Positions 37,606 to 45,421 of a stretch of DNA of 59,614 nt are shown here, piece after piece. Positions within the stretch are counted from its first letter, which is position 1. Every line of letters starts with the position of its first letter. Both the position numbers and the translations under genes were made by a program. The DNA comes from Gemmatimonadota bacterium (lineage in GTDB: Bacteria > Gemmatimonadota > Gemmatimonadetes > Palauibacterales > Palauibacteraceae). The stretch lies in NCBI GenBank assembly GCA_039714435.1, contig JBDLJJ010000003.1, forward strand, positions 1 to 59,614, given 5' to 3'. The notes beneath the pieces are model-generated. The model was not told the DNA's origin and did no database searches. It saw only the letters and a program-made list of their open reading frames with translations.

Positions 37606-39042
37606 ATGGTGACAATGGATTCTGACCAGACGGCGCCGGGTCCGGAGTTCCAGGACATCACGTTCCATGGCGAGCACGAGTCCGCTTGCGATCTTGATAC
37701 TCACTGCCCGTCGTGTGGCCAGTTCTATGTGCCCCGGCCTCTTGTCGTCGCGGCTGGCACGATCATGTTCATGGGCGCCTACTCCCTGAGAACCGGTCCC
37801 GCAGACCAGGCAGCCGCGATCAGCGCCGGCCTTTTTCTCATTCTGGCCTTCTATTTCATTTCGGTACTCAGAAGCCGGCCCTACGAGCTCGGGATCCTGG
37901 CCACCTCCGCGGTGGGCGTGTTCGTTCTGTTCTTTGCAGCCCGGCCTATGGCCATGTTCGCCGGATCGCCCCCCGAATTCCTGGTTCTTCTTGGTATCGT
38001 GGCCTTATTCAGTACCGTTGTCCTGGCGGGCAAGCACGGAGTGTCGGACTCGTCGGCGCTGGCGGGCGGGGAGCCAGGATCTCAGGCGGTCCTGCTCATT
38101 GCGGCGGCAAATCTGCTTCTCCTGTTCGTGATCTGGACGCTAGAAACAGTCAGCGCTGCGACCAGCCTCCGTTCCGATACCTGGCTTGCCTTTGCGGCTG
38201 AACACCTCCCGCTCATTCACTGGATATCGCTGGCCTTGGCCTGTTTTCTAGTACTCGTTTTTGCCTTCATCAGCGCATCGCGGCAGCAAGCGTGGTGGGA
38301 GGAAGTGGAGCCCAAGACCCGGGACCTGCCAGCACGAGGAGTCATCGCACGGGCTCTGGCGGCGAATTCAAACCTGCTGGCCAACATCCGGGCGGCAGCC
38401 CAGAACGGGTGGAGGGCTGTCAACGAGTTCTTTAAGGAAACCGGGCGGGCGATTCTGCGCATTGTGGCCATGACTGTCGTCAGGCTGGTCGCCGTGCTTA
38501 TCAGCTTGTCCAGACAGGGGCTCATTCTGCTAGGCCTCACCATACTGGCCGTGTTCAGCGTGACTCTGGCCATCGAGATCGCGATTCTGTGGCAGCAGCA
38601 ATCAATGTTCAAGCCGGTCCTGATATTCTGGCCGCAGGCCATCGTGCTCACCGTACTGGTGATAGCGCTCTCCACTCTCATCGGCGGACTGTCGTTCAAG
38701 AGGTGGTCGGCTCGCCCACGTGCGGGAGCCAGTGTGCGCACGCTGTTCTCAGCCACGGTCGGCACCACTCAGCAGCTGAACACAGCCCTCCGCAGCCTGG
38801 TGTTTTCGGCCGTGTGGTTCCTCTTCTATACCGCGGTTTCACTCTGGTTTGCCTGGCTCGCCGTCAATATCCTTTCCGGTGCCCAGGAAAGGGCGGTTCC
38901 AAGAACCCTCGGACTCGGTTTCATCGGCGCCTCCGTCCTGTTTGTCTTCCTCCTCTGGCAGATACGGCCCAGAAGACAGTCCCGGCTGTCCGCTAAAGCT
39001 GTTGAAAGGCCAGCCCGCCGCTTCTTCCTGGCGGGTGACTAG
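37606..39042 (+). CDS. Hypothetical polytopic membrane protein with N-terminal Cys/His cluster
   Basis: Long ORF with roughly 10 hydrophobic segments; HGEHESAC..HCPSCG near the N-terminus. Start is uncertain. Confidence 0.65.
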   Translation: MVTMDSDQTAPGPEFQDITFHGEHESACDLDTHCPSCGQFYVPRPLVVAAGTIMFMGAYSLRTGPADQAAAISAGLFLILAFYFISVLRSRPYELGILATSAVGVFVLFFAARPMAMFAGSPPEFLVLLGIVALFSTVVLAGKHGVSDSSALAGGEPGSQAVLLIAAANLLLLFVIWTLETVSAATSLRSDTWLAFAAEHLPLIHWISLALACFLVLVFAFISASRQQAWWEEVEPKTRDLPARGVIARALAANSNLLANIRAAAQNGWRAVNEFFKETGRAILRIVAMTVVRLVAVLISLSRQGLILLGLTILAVFSVTLAIEIAILWQQQSMFKPVLIFWPQAIVLTVLVIALSTLIGGLSFKRWSARPRAGASVRTLFSATVGTTQQLNTALRSLVFSAVWFLFYTAVSLWFAWLAVNILSGAQERAVPRTLGLGFIGASVLFVFLLWQIRPRRQSRLSAKAVERPARRFFLAGD

Positions 39043-39132
39043 GCGCAGGGGCAGACTCATTGCGGCCACGACGGCAGAGCGCCATCGTACGAAGGGTGAC
39101 GAGGCGGACGAGGCTGACAAGGTGAGGATTCC

Positions 39133-39585
39133 ATGCGCAAGATGATAATACTGGCTGTTCTGGCGATAGCGGGTGCGGTCAGTTTCGGCGTCTTCGCCGG
39201 CCAGGCCAGCTCGCAGCAGGTAACTGTCTACAAGTCGCCTACCTGAGGCTGCTGCGGTGAGTGGGTCACTCACCTTCGCTCGCAGGGTTTTGACGTCGAA
39301 ACGGAAGATGTTCCAAATCTCACGGTCGTGAAGCTGGAGCATGGGGTTTCCTCGGCTCTCAGCGCCTGCCACACCGCGGTCGTGGAGGGCTACGTGATCG
39401 AGGGCCACGTCCCGGCCGAAGATATCCGCCGACTGCTCGAGGAGCGGCCGGCCATTAAGGGACTTGCGGTGCCAGGCATGCCGGCCGGGTCACCGGGCAT
39501 GCCCAGCCCGATGCCTGTACGCTACGACGTGCTGGCGTTCGACGCCGAGGGCAACACCCAGGTTTTCGCCACACACGGTCCTTAG
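39133..39585 (+). CDS. DUF411/CopG-like periplasmic metal-binding protein, predicted selenoprotein (UGA at 39244-39246)
   Basis: GAGG SD, ATG 39133, signal peptide, VYKSPT-UGA-GCCGEW in frame with ACHTA..GYVIEGHVPA..GLAVPGMP.GSPGM. Family consensus is YKSPTCGCC. Confidence 0.88.
39256..39274 (+). promoter_or_regulatory. Bacterial SECIS-like hairpin
   Basis: GGTGAGT-GGGTC-ACTCACC starting +10 after the UGA; loop G at +18. Confidence 0.75.
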
Positions 39586-39676
39586 CCGGGCGCCAGCGCT
39601 CATTAGAGCGCAGGCCCCTGACACAACCTCGCGGACCTCCTCGTAGGGTGAATTGTGGCCCTAACGAGGAGGTTGG

Positions 39677-40381
39677 GTGGAGCCGACGCGCACCGATGAT
39701 GTGAACGTAGCCGCGCGAGACACCTGGATCGCGCTCGCATACTTCAGCGCTTACCTGCTCCTCCTGTTTTCTACCCTCGAATCAGAGTTCTTTCATTGGG
39801 TGACGCTGGTCGCGATCCCGCTCGCCATCGCCTGGGTCTCCCGGCCGGCCGGACAACGCACCCTCAAGGCAGCGCTCACTACTGTAGGCCTACGCCGTGG
39901 GAACCTGACCCGAGGAGTCGCTTGGGCCCTCGTTCTGGGCCTGGCTATCAGCCTGTTTCAGGTTTTCTTCTCAGCACGGTCAGGGGAAATCCAAGCGCTG
40001 ATTTCGAGTGGCCGAGCGCTGTATCTCTTCCCGCTCACTTTCGTGCTCATGATGGGACTGGCAGGATTCACGGAGGAATTCTTTTTTCGCGGATTCCTGC
40101 TGACCCGGCTCGAGCCGCTACTCAAGTCCAGGTGGCTCGCCGTGATCGCTTCCTCGCTCCTATTCGGAGTCTATCACCTCCCTTATGCGTACATGAACCC
40201 CCGCTGGCCCAGCGCGGGAGACTGGGGAGAGGCGTGGGCAGCAGCACTGGGAAACGGCGTTCCCGGCGGTCTGCTACTGGGGACCCTTTACGTGCTGACC
40301 GGGAGAAATTTGCTCGCCTGTGTTGTTCTGCATTCTTTGATCAACGCTGTTCCGGCCATGACGATGATGCGTTTCGGCTAG
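39677..40381 (+). CDS. CPBP (Abi/CAAX) family intramembrane metalloprotease
   Basis: EEFFFRG, FGVYH, H..IN motifs; multiple TMs. Confidence 0.9.
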   Translation: MEPTRTDDVNVAARDTWIALAYFSAYLLLLFSTLESEFFHWVTLVAIPLAIAWVSRPAGQRTLKAALTTVGLRRGNLTRGVAWALVLGLAISLFQVFFSARSGEIQALISSGRALYLFPLTFVLMMGLAGFTEEFFFRGFLLTRLEPLLKSRWLAVIASSLLFGVYHLPYAYMNPRWPSAGDWGEAWAAALGNGVPGGLLLGTLYVLTGRNLLACVVLHSLINAVPAMTMMRFG

Positions 40382-40391
40382 AATCAAACGG

Positions 40392-40901
40392 TCACATGCC
40401 GCGCGAGCGCGCCTCCTTGGCCAGCGAACCGCTTATCACAGCCAGGGCTTCCTCCGGAGTAAGGCGGCCCACGGCGGCTGTGCTGTAGATCGCGGTCACG
40501 ACCTTCCCCGTGGGGCCGATAACGAACCCGGTCGAATGCAGATTGCGGTGGGTCGGATTGAAGAAGGCGCCCGTCGCGGCCGCCACCTCGCGGGCGACAA
40601 GATCGTATCCCAGTGCGAATGCGATGTCGTTCTCGGAGGCGGCTTTTCGGGCGTCCTCCAGATTGTCCGTCGAAGCCGCCACGACAAGCGCCCCCAACTC
40701 CCGGAAGTCCTCTAGCCGGGCCTGAAAGTCAGCCAACTGCTGACTACAGTGCGGTCACCAGTGGCCCCGGTAGAAGAGAAGTACTGAGTATCGGCCCTCG
40801 GCGTCCGCAGGCAACTGGAGAGTCGTTCCGTCGATCAGAGGGATGCGAAGCGGCGGAAACCGGACCCCGGTGTCGAGCTTTCTGGCGGCGTCCTGGGCCA
40901 T
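40392..40901 (-). CDS. Peroxiredoxin-like (AhpC/TSA) protein, predicted selenoprotein (UGA at 40757-40755; UxxC)
   Basis: ATG 40901 (TGATG overlap with the dinB stop); LLFYRGHW-UGA-PHCSQQLADFQ continues in frame to ...VAASTD...GFVIGPTG...GRL. The family motif is FYRGxWCPxC. Confidence 0.9.
40727..40745 (-). promoter_or_regulatory. Bacterial SECIS-like hairpin
   Basis: Minus strand AGTCAGC-AGTTG-GCTGACT starting +10 after the UGA; loop G at +18. Confidence 0.75.
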
Positions 40902-41425
40902 CAAACTTCCTGCACCGCCGCGAGGGTTCGCTCGATCTGGCGCAGGTGTAAGAGATCGTGGCCGGCCGTCAGCGATATGTTGAGTCCCACGCTCTCGGGA
41001 CCGCGCTCCTCGTGTACACCTACCCGCTCCCAGGCCGGACCCCGCGCTCGCCAATAGAGCTTCACGTTGAGCTGTCGGAGGGTGCGGAACTCCGCCAGCA
41101 TCTGCCTTACGTGCCGTTCGTTGTGCTCGAGTCCGGCGGTCATGAGATCCTGGTCATAGCCCGGAATAGGGGGCTCCGGATGGGACAACATGAGACGCAC
41201 CCGGTAGCCGTACACCCACTCCGTATCGCACAGGTGTCCGATGACCTCGGCCACCGACCACGCGTCTTCGGCCGGGCGCTTGTGTAGAGTTCCCTCTTCA
41301 ACTCGAGCGACAATACTCTCGACCTTGCCGGCTGTCGCGTCCAGTACCTCCAGGGGGTCCGCGTCCCCGACGAGGTCCTGAAGCATTTGCTGATATTCCT
41401 GCGACTGGTCGACCGGATCAGTCAT
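40901..41425 (-). CDS. DinB family protein
   Basis: WSVAEVIGHL.D.E...R, YDQD, AGHDLLHLRQI (His triad). Confidence 0.9.
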   Translation of the reverse strand: MTDPVDQSQEYQQMLQDLVGDADPLEVLDATAGKVESIVARVEEGTLHKRPAEDAWSVAEVIGHLCDTEWVYGYRVRLMLSHPEPPIPGYDQDLMTAGLEHNERHVRQMLAEFRTLRQLNVKLYWRARGPAWERVGVHEERGPESVGLNISLTAGHDLLHLRQIERTLAAVQEV

Positions 41426-41468
41426 CGTAACCTCTCATCTGTATCGTGTGCATCCCGCGCCCGTGTCC

Positions 41469-42344
41469 TCATGGCTGTTCCAACGCATCCAGCTTCCTCT
41501 GGGTTCTGTCGTTCCCGGCCCTGACGGGGATCGCCCCCATCCAGTTACCGTACATCGGGTTGGGAAACATGAGCCAGCGGCGTCCCCACTTACCGACGTT
41601 GTCTGCCATGATCTGGTCCCGCTCCGTGTCAGGCAGACTGGCCAGCACGAAGTCGTTGAGATCGTCTCCCAGAAGCAGGAGAACTCGATACTTGGACGCC
41701 ACCTCCGCCCTGCGCGACGACTTGTCGGAGGTCCATTCCTCGCGCTCCCAACGCGTAAGCACCGTGTCGAAATCAGGCAGCGGACCCAGTCCGACCTCCT
41801 CCAGGTTCCGCCGGGTCCCCGGCTCGATCGCGTGATCGTGATTTGTCACGTAGAACACCGTTACACCCATGCGGTGGGCCGCGGCGACGAACTCCCGAGC
41901 ACCCGGCATGGCAATGCCTCTGGCCGCGAGCACCCAGGGGTACCACAGCTCCTCCGTAAAAGACTGACCCTTGAGAATCATGTGCCCCTGGAACACAGCG
42001 TGGGTGAGGACCGTCTCATCCACGTCGGCGATAATCGCGGGTGGAAGGCTTCCATAGCCCTCCCCCTGCTCCAGCGCCGCTGTCCAGGTAGTGTCGGCCA
42101 GGGCTTCCTCGAGAAGACGTTCGGCCATCCGGAACGTCTGCCTCGTTACGGCCTCGTACTCGGAAGACGTCTGTTGCCACAGGACGGCGTCCAGGTTGTC
42201 GTGCGGCGTGGCCCGCTCGGTCTGCTGAGCCTGAGCTTCGGCGCCGGAAGGAGACCCCACAACAACCGTCGGCTGCGTCGACGCGCAGGCCGCGGAGAGT
42301 AGAAGAAGTGGCCCAAACAGAATACGGGTTTGTCGGCAGCTCAT
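41469..42344 (-). CDS. 5'-nucleotidase/class C acid phosphatase lipoprotein (e(P4) family, HAD)
   Basis: Lipobox LSAAC, DVDET, VTN, K..RR, GDDLNDF, PNPMYG.W. Confidence 0.9.
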   Translation of the reverse strand: MSCRQTRILFGPLLLLSAACASTQPTVVVGSPSGAEAQAQQTERATPHDNLDAVLWQQTSSEYEAVTRQTFRMAERLLEEALADTTWTAALEQGEGYGSLPPAIIADVDETVLTHAVFQGHMILKGQSFTEELWYPWVLAARGIAMPGAREFVAAAHRMGVTVFYVTNHDHAIEPGTRRNLEEVGLGPLPDFDTVLTRWEREEWTSDKSSRRAEVASKYRVLLLLGDDLNDFVLASLPDTERDQIMADNVGKWGRRWLMFPNPMYGNWMGAIPVRAGNDRTQRKLDALEQP

Positions 42345-42468
42345 GAACGCAGATCCGTGTAATCGGGTGAGTCATTTCTTATCGCCGCCAAACGTGGCGG
42401 GATATGGTCAGGCGAGCAACCTGCGGGTTGTGCCGCACGTCGACGGGGCAGGAACAGCGACGGCGAAC

Positions 42469-42506
42469 AAAAAACCGGGCCGGCAGCAACCTCGCCACCG
42501 GCCCGG
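42469..42506 (-). terminator. Rho-independent terminator after the TonB-dependent receptor
   Basis: Minus strand CCGGGCCGG...CCGGCCCGG followed by TTTTTT. Confidence 0.75.
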
Positions 42507-42555
42507 CAACAGAGCCTCGCCTCGGCCGTCAGAGACGGCCGTCAACACGCGTCAG

Positions 42556-45357
42556 CTAGAGATCTAACTGAATGCGCGAGTAGTAAAACCCGCCGTTGCT
42601 TCCGAACTGCGTCACCCGACGGCTGAAGACAAACCGCTCGTCACTGCGGTTGCCTGACAGCTCGTGCTGATCGGGATAGGTGTTCAGAAGGTTGTTGGCA
42701 CCGATCGACCACCGTACTCCCTCTGAGATCTCATACGCGAGATCGAGGTCGAATATGGTCTTGGCGTCGAAGGTCTCGTCGTTGGCGTCGTTCGTCGGCT
42801 TGTACTCGACCTTGCCGAAGTAGTTGCCCCGAACAATGAGGCCGAACCGGTTCTTGTCGTACTTGACAGTCAGGGACCCCTTTTGCCTCGGAAGCGCGTC
42901 CTCGAGCCGGTTGCGCTCTTCCCGATTGAACAGTGTGCCGGTGATATCGGTCGAGCCGAAAATGGCCTGCATGCTGGCCGGCGTGTTGATCGCCGTCACA
43001 TCCGTATCGGTGATGTTGGCCGAGCCTGTCAGTGTGAGCCGGCCTCCGTTGTCCAGGTTCGCCGCGTACGATGCGACGATATCCACGCCAAACGTCTCGG
43101 TGTCGACGGCGTTGGAGAAGAACTGTGCCTCCGCCACGCCCGAAGCGGCAAACGGCGCCAGGATACCGGCAACCGTCGGATCGGAGTTTCCGAATCGACT
43201 CGTAAGCACGATCCTGTCGTCGATCGTGATGAAATACACGTCAGCCGTCAGGGAGAAGTTTGGTGTCGGCCGGGCCGTAAACCCGCCACTCACGTTCACC
43301 GACGTCTCTTCCTTCAGATTCGGCACTCCGAACGCCGTAGCCACGCCGCTCAGGTTGTTGGCCGTGAGTACCTGTCGCGCCACCAGATTGCCACCGGTAT
43401 CCAGAACGAACTGCGTGCTGATGTTGTTGAACCAGGCCTGGTGAAGCGAGGGAGCCCGGAATCCTGTGCTCACCGCTCCGCGAATGGCGAAGTTCGGAGC
43501 CGCTTCTATTCGCGCCGCGATCTTTCCGTTGACCGTACTGCCGAAGTCGGTGTAGTTCTCGTACCGGCCACCGATGTCCAGCAGTACCTGATCGTTGATC
43601 TCCATCTCGAGACCAGCGTAGGCGCTGATGCTGTTCCGGGTGCGGTTCACTTCGTTGGCGGGCTGGAATCCTGTAAAGACCTGCGAGCCGGGATTCTTTG
43701 CGGCGCCGGCCGATGTCGTATCGAAATCGACTCCGGGAACCGGGCCGCCGTTGCCCAGACTGAAGGACTCAAACTGGCCCGCCCCGATCTCGTAGTTCTC
43801 AACCCGGAACTCACCGCCCAGCACGAGCGACAGCGACTTGATCTCGTCGCCCGTGTCGAGAAGGCGCACCGCATCCACGTTTCCAGTCGTTTGACGGAAA
43901 CTCAGCGTACCCGCGTCAAAGCTGACCGGGCTGGCTGCTCCCATGGAGGCATTGTTTGTGTTTTCGATATTGAACAGGAAGGAATTGGTTCCCCTTGTCA
44001 CGCTGAGATCCAGGTCCCATCCGGCCTCCTGGCCGCGCAGGCCCACAGTCACGGACCCGTCATTGATGCCCGTCACGATTTCGGGGAGAAATCCGTTCGG
44101 ATGCAGCGACAGTATGGTCTTGTTCTCCTCGTTGGCACGGCGGAAGAATCCAGTCGCAAAACCGTCCCGGCGCGAAAGGCCGCCGAAGGCGTACAGCTCA
44201 GCGTCTTCGCCTACCGGAAACGCGCTGTTGAAGAAGGCCATTCCGACGACCGCTTCACCCTGCCCGGTCTGCATCGAGAAGTCCGCTCGCGTCAGGCCGC
44301 GTGCTGCAATCTCAGCATCCGTCGCCGCGACACCACTGATCCCGAGGAACTGGTCCTTCATTTCGAGGCCACTGCGGTTGGTGCGCTCACGGTTCAGAAA
44401 ACGGCCCGTTACGTTGAAGAAACCCTCATCCGCAATCGGAAACCCGAAGTTCACTCCTACGTCAACCTGCTCACCGTCGCAGTCCCAATCGATGTTGAGG
44501 GGGTTGCCGCTCGGGTCGCTTTCGTTCGTCAGGCAGCCACCCGTCAGTCCGGCCGTCGCGGTCGCCTGCAGGCTTTCCGTCTGCTCCTTGAGCACAACAT
44601 TGATCACACCGGCTATCGCGTCTGAGCCGTACTGAGCGGAGGCCCCATCGCGCAGCACTTCGATCCGCTCGATGGCGCTCGTCGGAATAGCGTTCATGTC
44701 GACTCCGACCGTACCCCGTCCAAACGTTCCGTTTACGTGAACGATGGCGCTCGTATGCCGCCGCTTGCCGTTAACGAGTACGAGTACCTGGTCAGGACCG
44801 AGTCCCCGAAGACTGGCCGGGTTCACGTGATCCGTGCCATCGGAGATCGTCTGATGCGACGCGTTGAAGGAGGGCACGATTTCGCGAAGAATCTGGTTCA
44901 CCTCGGTGTGCCCTGATTCGCGAATCTCCGCCGCTGTGATTACGTCGATAGGCACAGGCGTCTCGGTAGCCGTACGTGCCGTGCGCGATCCGATGGCCAC
45001 AAGCTCGTCGCCGATAACCAGGGCCTGGCTTACCAGGGCAAAGTCAGCCGTGTTAGCCTGATCGGCCGACACCGTGACCGCCTGCTCCTGCGGAGCGAAC
45101 CCGATCAGTGTGACTCTGAGTGTGTAGCTGCCCGGTCGCACCCGGAGCTGGTAGGAACCAGAAGCTCCCGTGACCGCCGTGCGGTTAGTACCGACGATGG
45201 ATACGCTGGCGCCGCTCACGGCTCCCGCCGTACTGGCATCCGTCACCGTACCGGTGACGACCGCAGGCTCCTGCGCGGCTAGCGGTGCGGCGGCGAAAAG
45301 AAACAGCGCGGCAAGAGCCGCTCCGGAAAACCGGCGAACAGACGATGCGACTTTCAT
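42556..45357 (-). CDS. TonB-dependent receptor with N-terminal carboxypeptidase-regulatory-like domain
   Basis: GGAGG SD and ATG 45357, signal peptide, VTGTVTDA.., plug LRGLGPDQVLVLVNGKRRH, IERIEVLRDGASAQYGSDAIAGVIN, GANNL. Confidence 0.93.
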   Translation of the reverse strand: MKVASSVRRFSGAALAALFLFAAAPLAAQEPAVVTGTVTDASTAGAVSGASVSIVGTNRTAVTGASGSYQLRVRPGSYTLRVTLIGFAPQEQAVTVSADQANTADFALVSQALVIGDELVAIGSRTARTATETPVPIDVITAAEIRESGHTEVNQILREIVPSFNASHQTISDGTDHVNPASLRGLGPDQVLVLVNGKRRHTSAIVHVNGTFGRGTVGVDMNAIPTSAIERIEVLRDGASAQYGSDAIAGVINVVLKEQTESLQATATAGLTGGCLTNESDPSGNPLNIDWDCDGEQVDVGVNFGFPIADEGFFNVTGRFLNRERTNRSGLEMKDQFLGISGVAATDAEIAARGLTRADFSMQTGQGEAVVGMAFFNSAFPVGEDAELYAFGGLSRRDGFATGFFRRANEENKTILSLHPNGFLPEIVTGINDGSVTVGLRGQEAGWDLDLSVTRGTNSFLFNIENTNNASMGAASPVSFDAGTLSFRQTTGNVDAVRLLDTGDEIKSLSLVLGGEFRVENYEIGAGQFESFSLGNGGPVPGVDFDTTSAGAAKNPGSQVFTGFQPANEVNRTRNSISAYAGLEMEINDQVLLDIGGRYENYTDFGSTVNGKIAARIEAAPNFAIRGAVSTGFRAPSLHQAWFNNISTQFVLDTGGNLVARQVLTANNLSGVATAFGVPNLKEETSVNVSGGFTARPTPNFSLTADVYFITIDDRIVLTSRFGNSDPTVAGILAPFAASGVAEAQFFSNAVDTETFGVDIVASYAANLDNGGRLTLTGSANITDTDVTAINTPASMQAIFGSTDITGTLFNREERNRLEDALPRQKGSLTVKYDKNRFGLIVRGNYFGKVEYKPTNDANDETFDAKTIFDLDLAYEISEGVRWSIGANNLLNTYPDQHELSGNRSDERFVFSRRVTQFGSNGGFYYSRIQLDL

Positions 45358-45421
45358 GCAATCCTCCCGTAAAGTGACACCAGGATGCACCTGTACTACC
45401 AAGTTGAGGGGCGGGAACCGG

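Noticed and set aside
39133-40901. Calling the two TGA-interrupted genes pseudogenes
   Set aside because: Both TGAs align to a conserved Cys, the frames are otherwise intact, and both carry the same hairpin geometry. Recoding is more parsimonious.
45358-45421. Riboswitch (cobalamin/TPP) upstream of the TonB-dependent receptor
   Set aside because: Only about 64 bp of intergenic space and no conserved riboswitch motifs seen.
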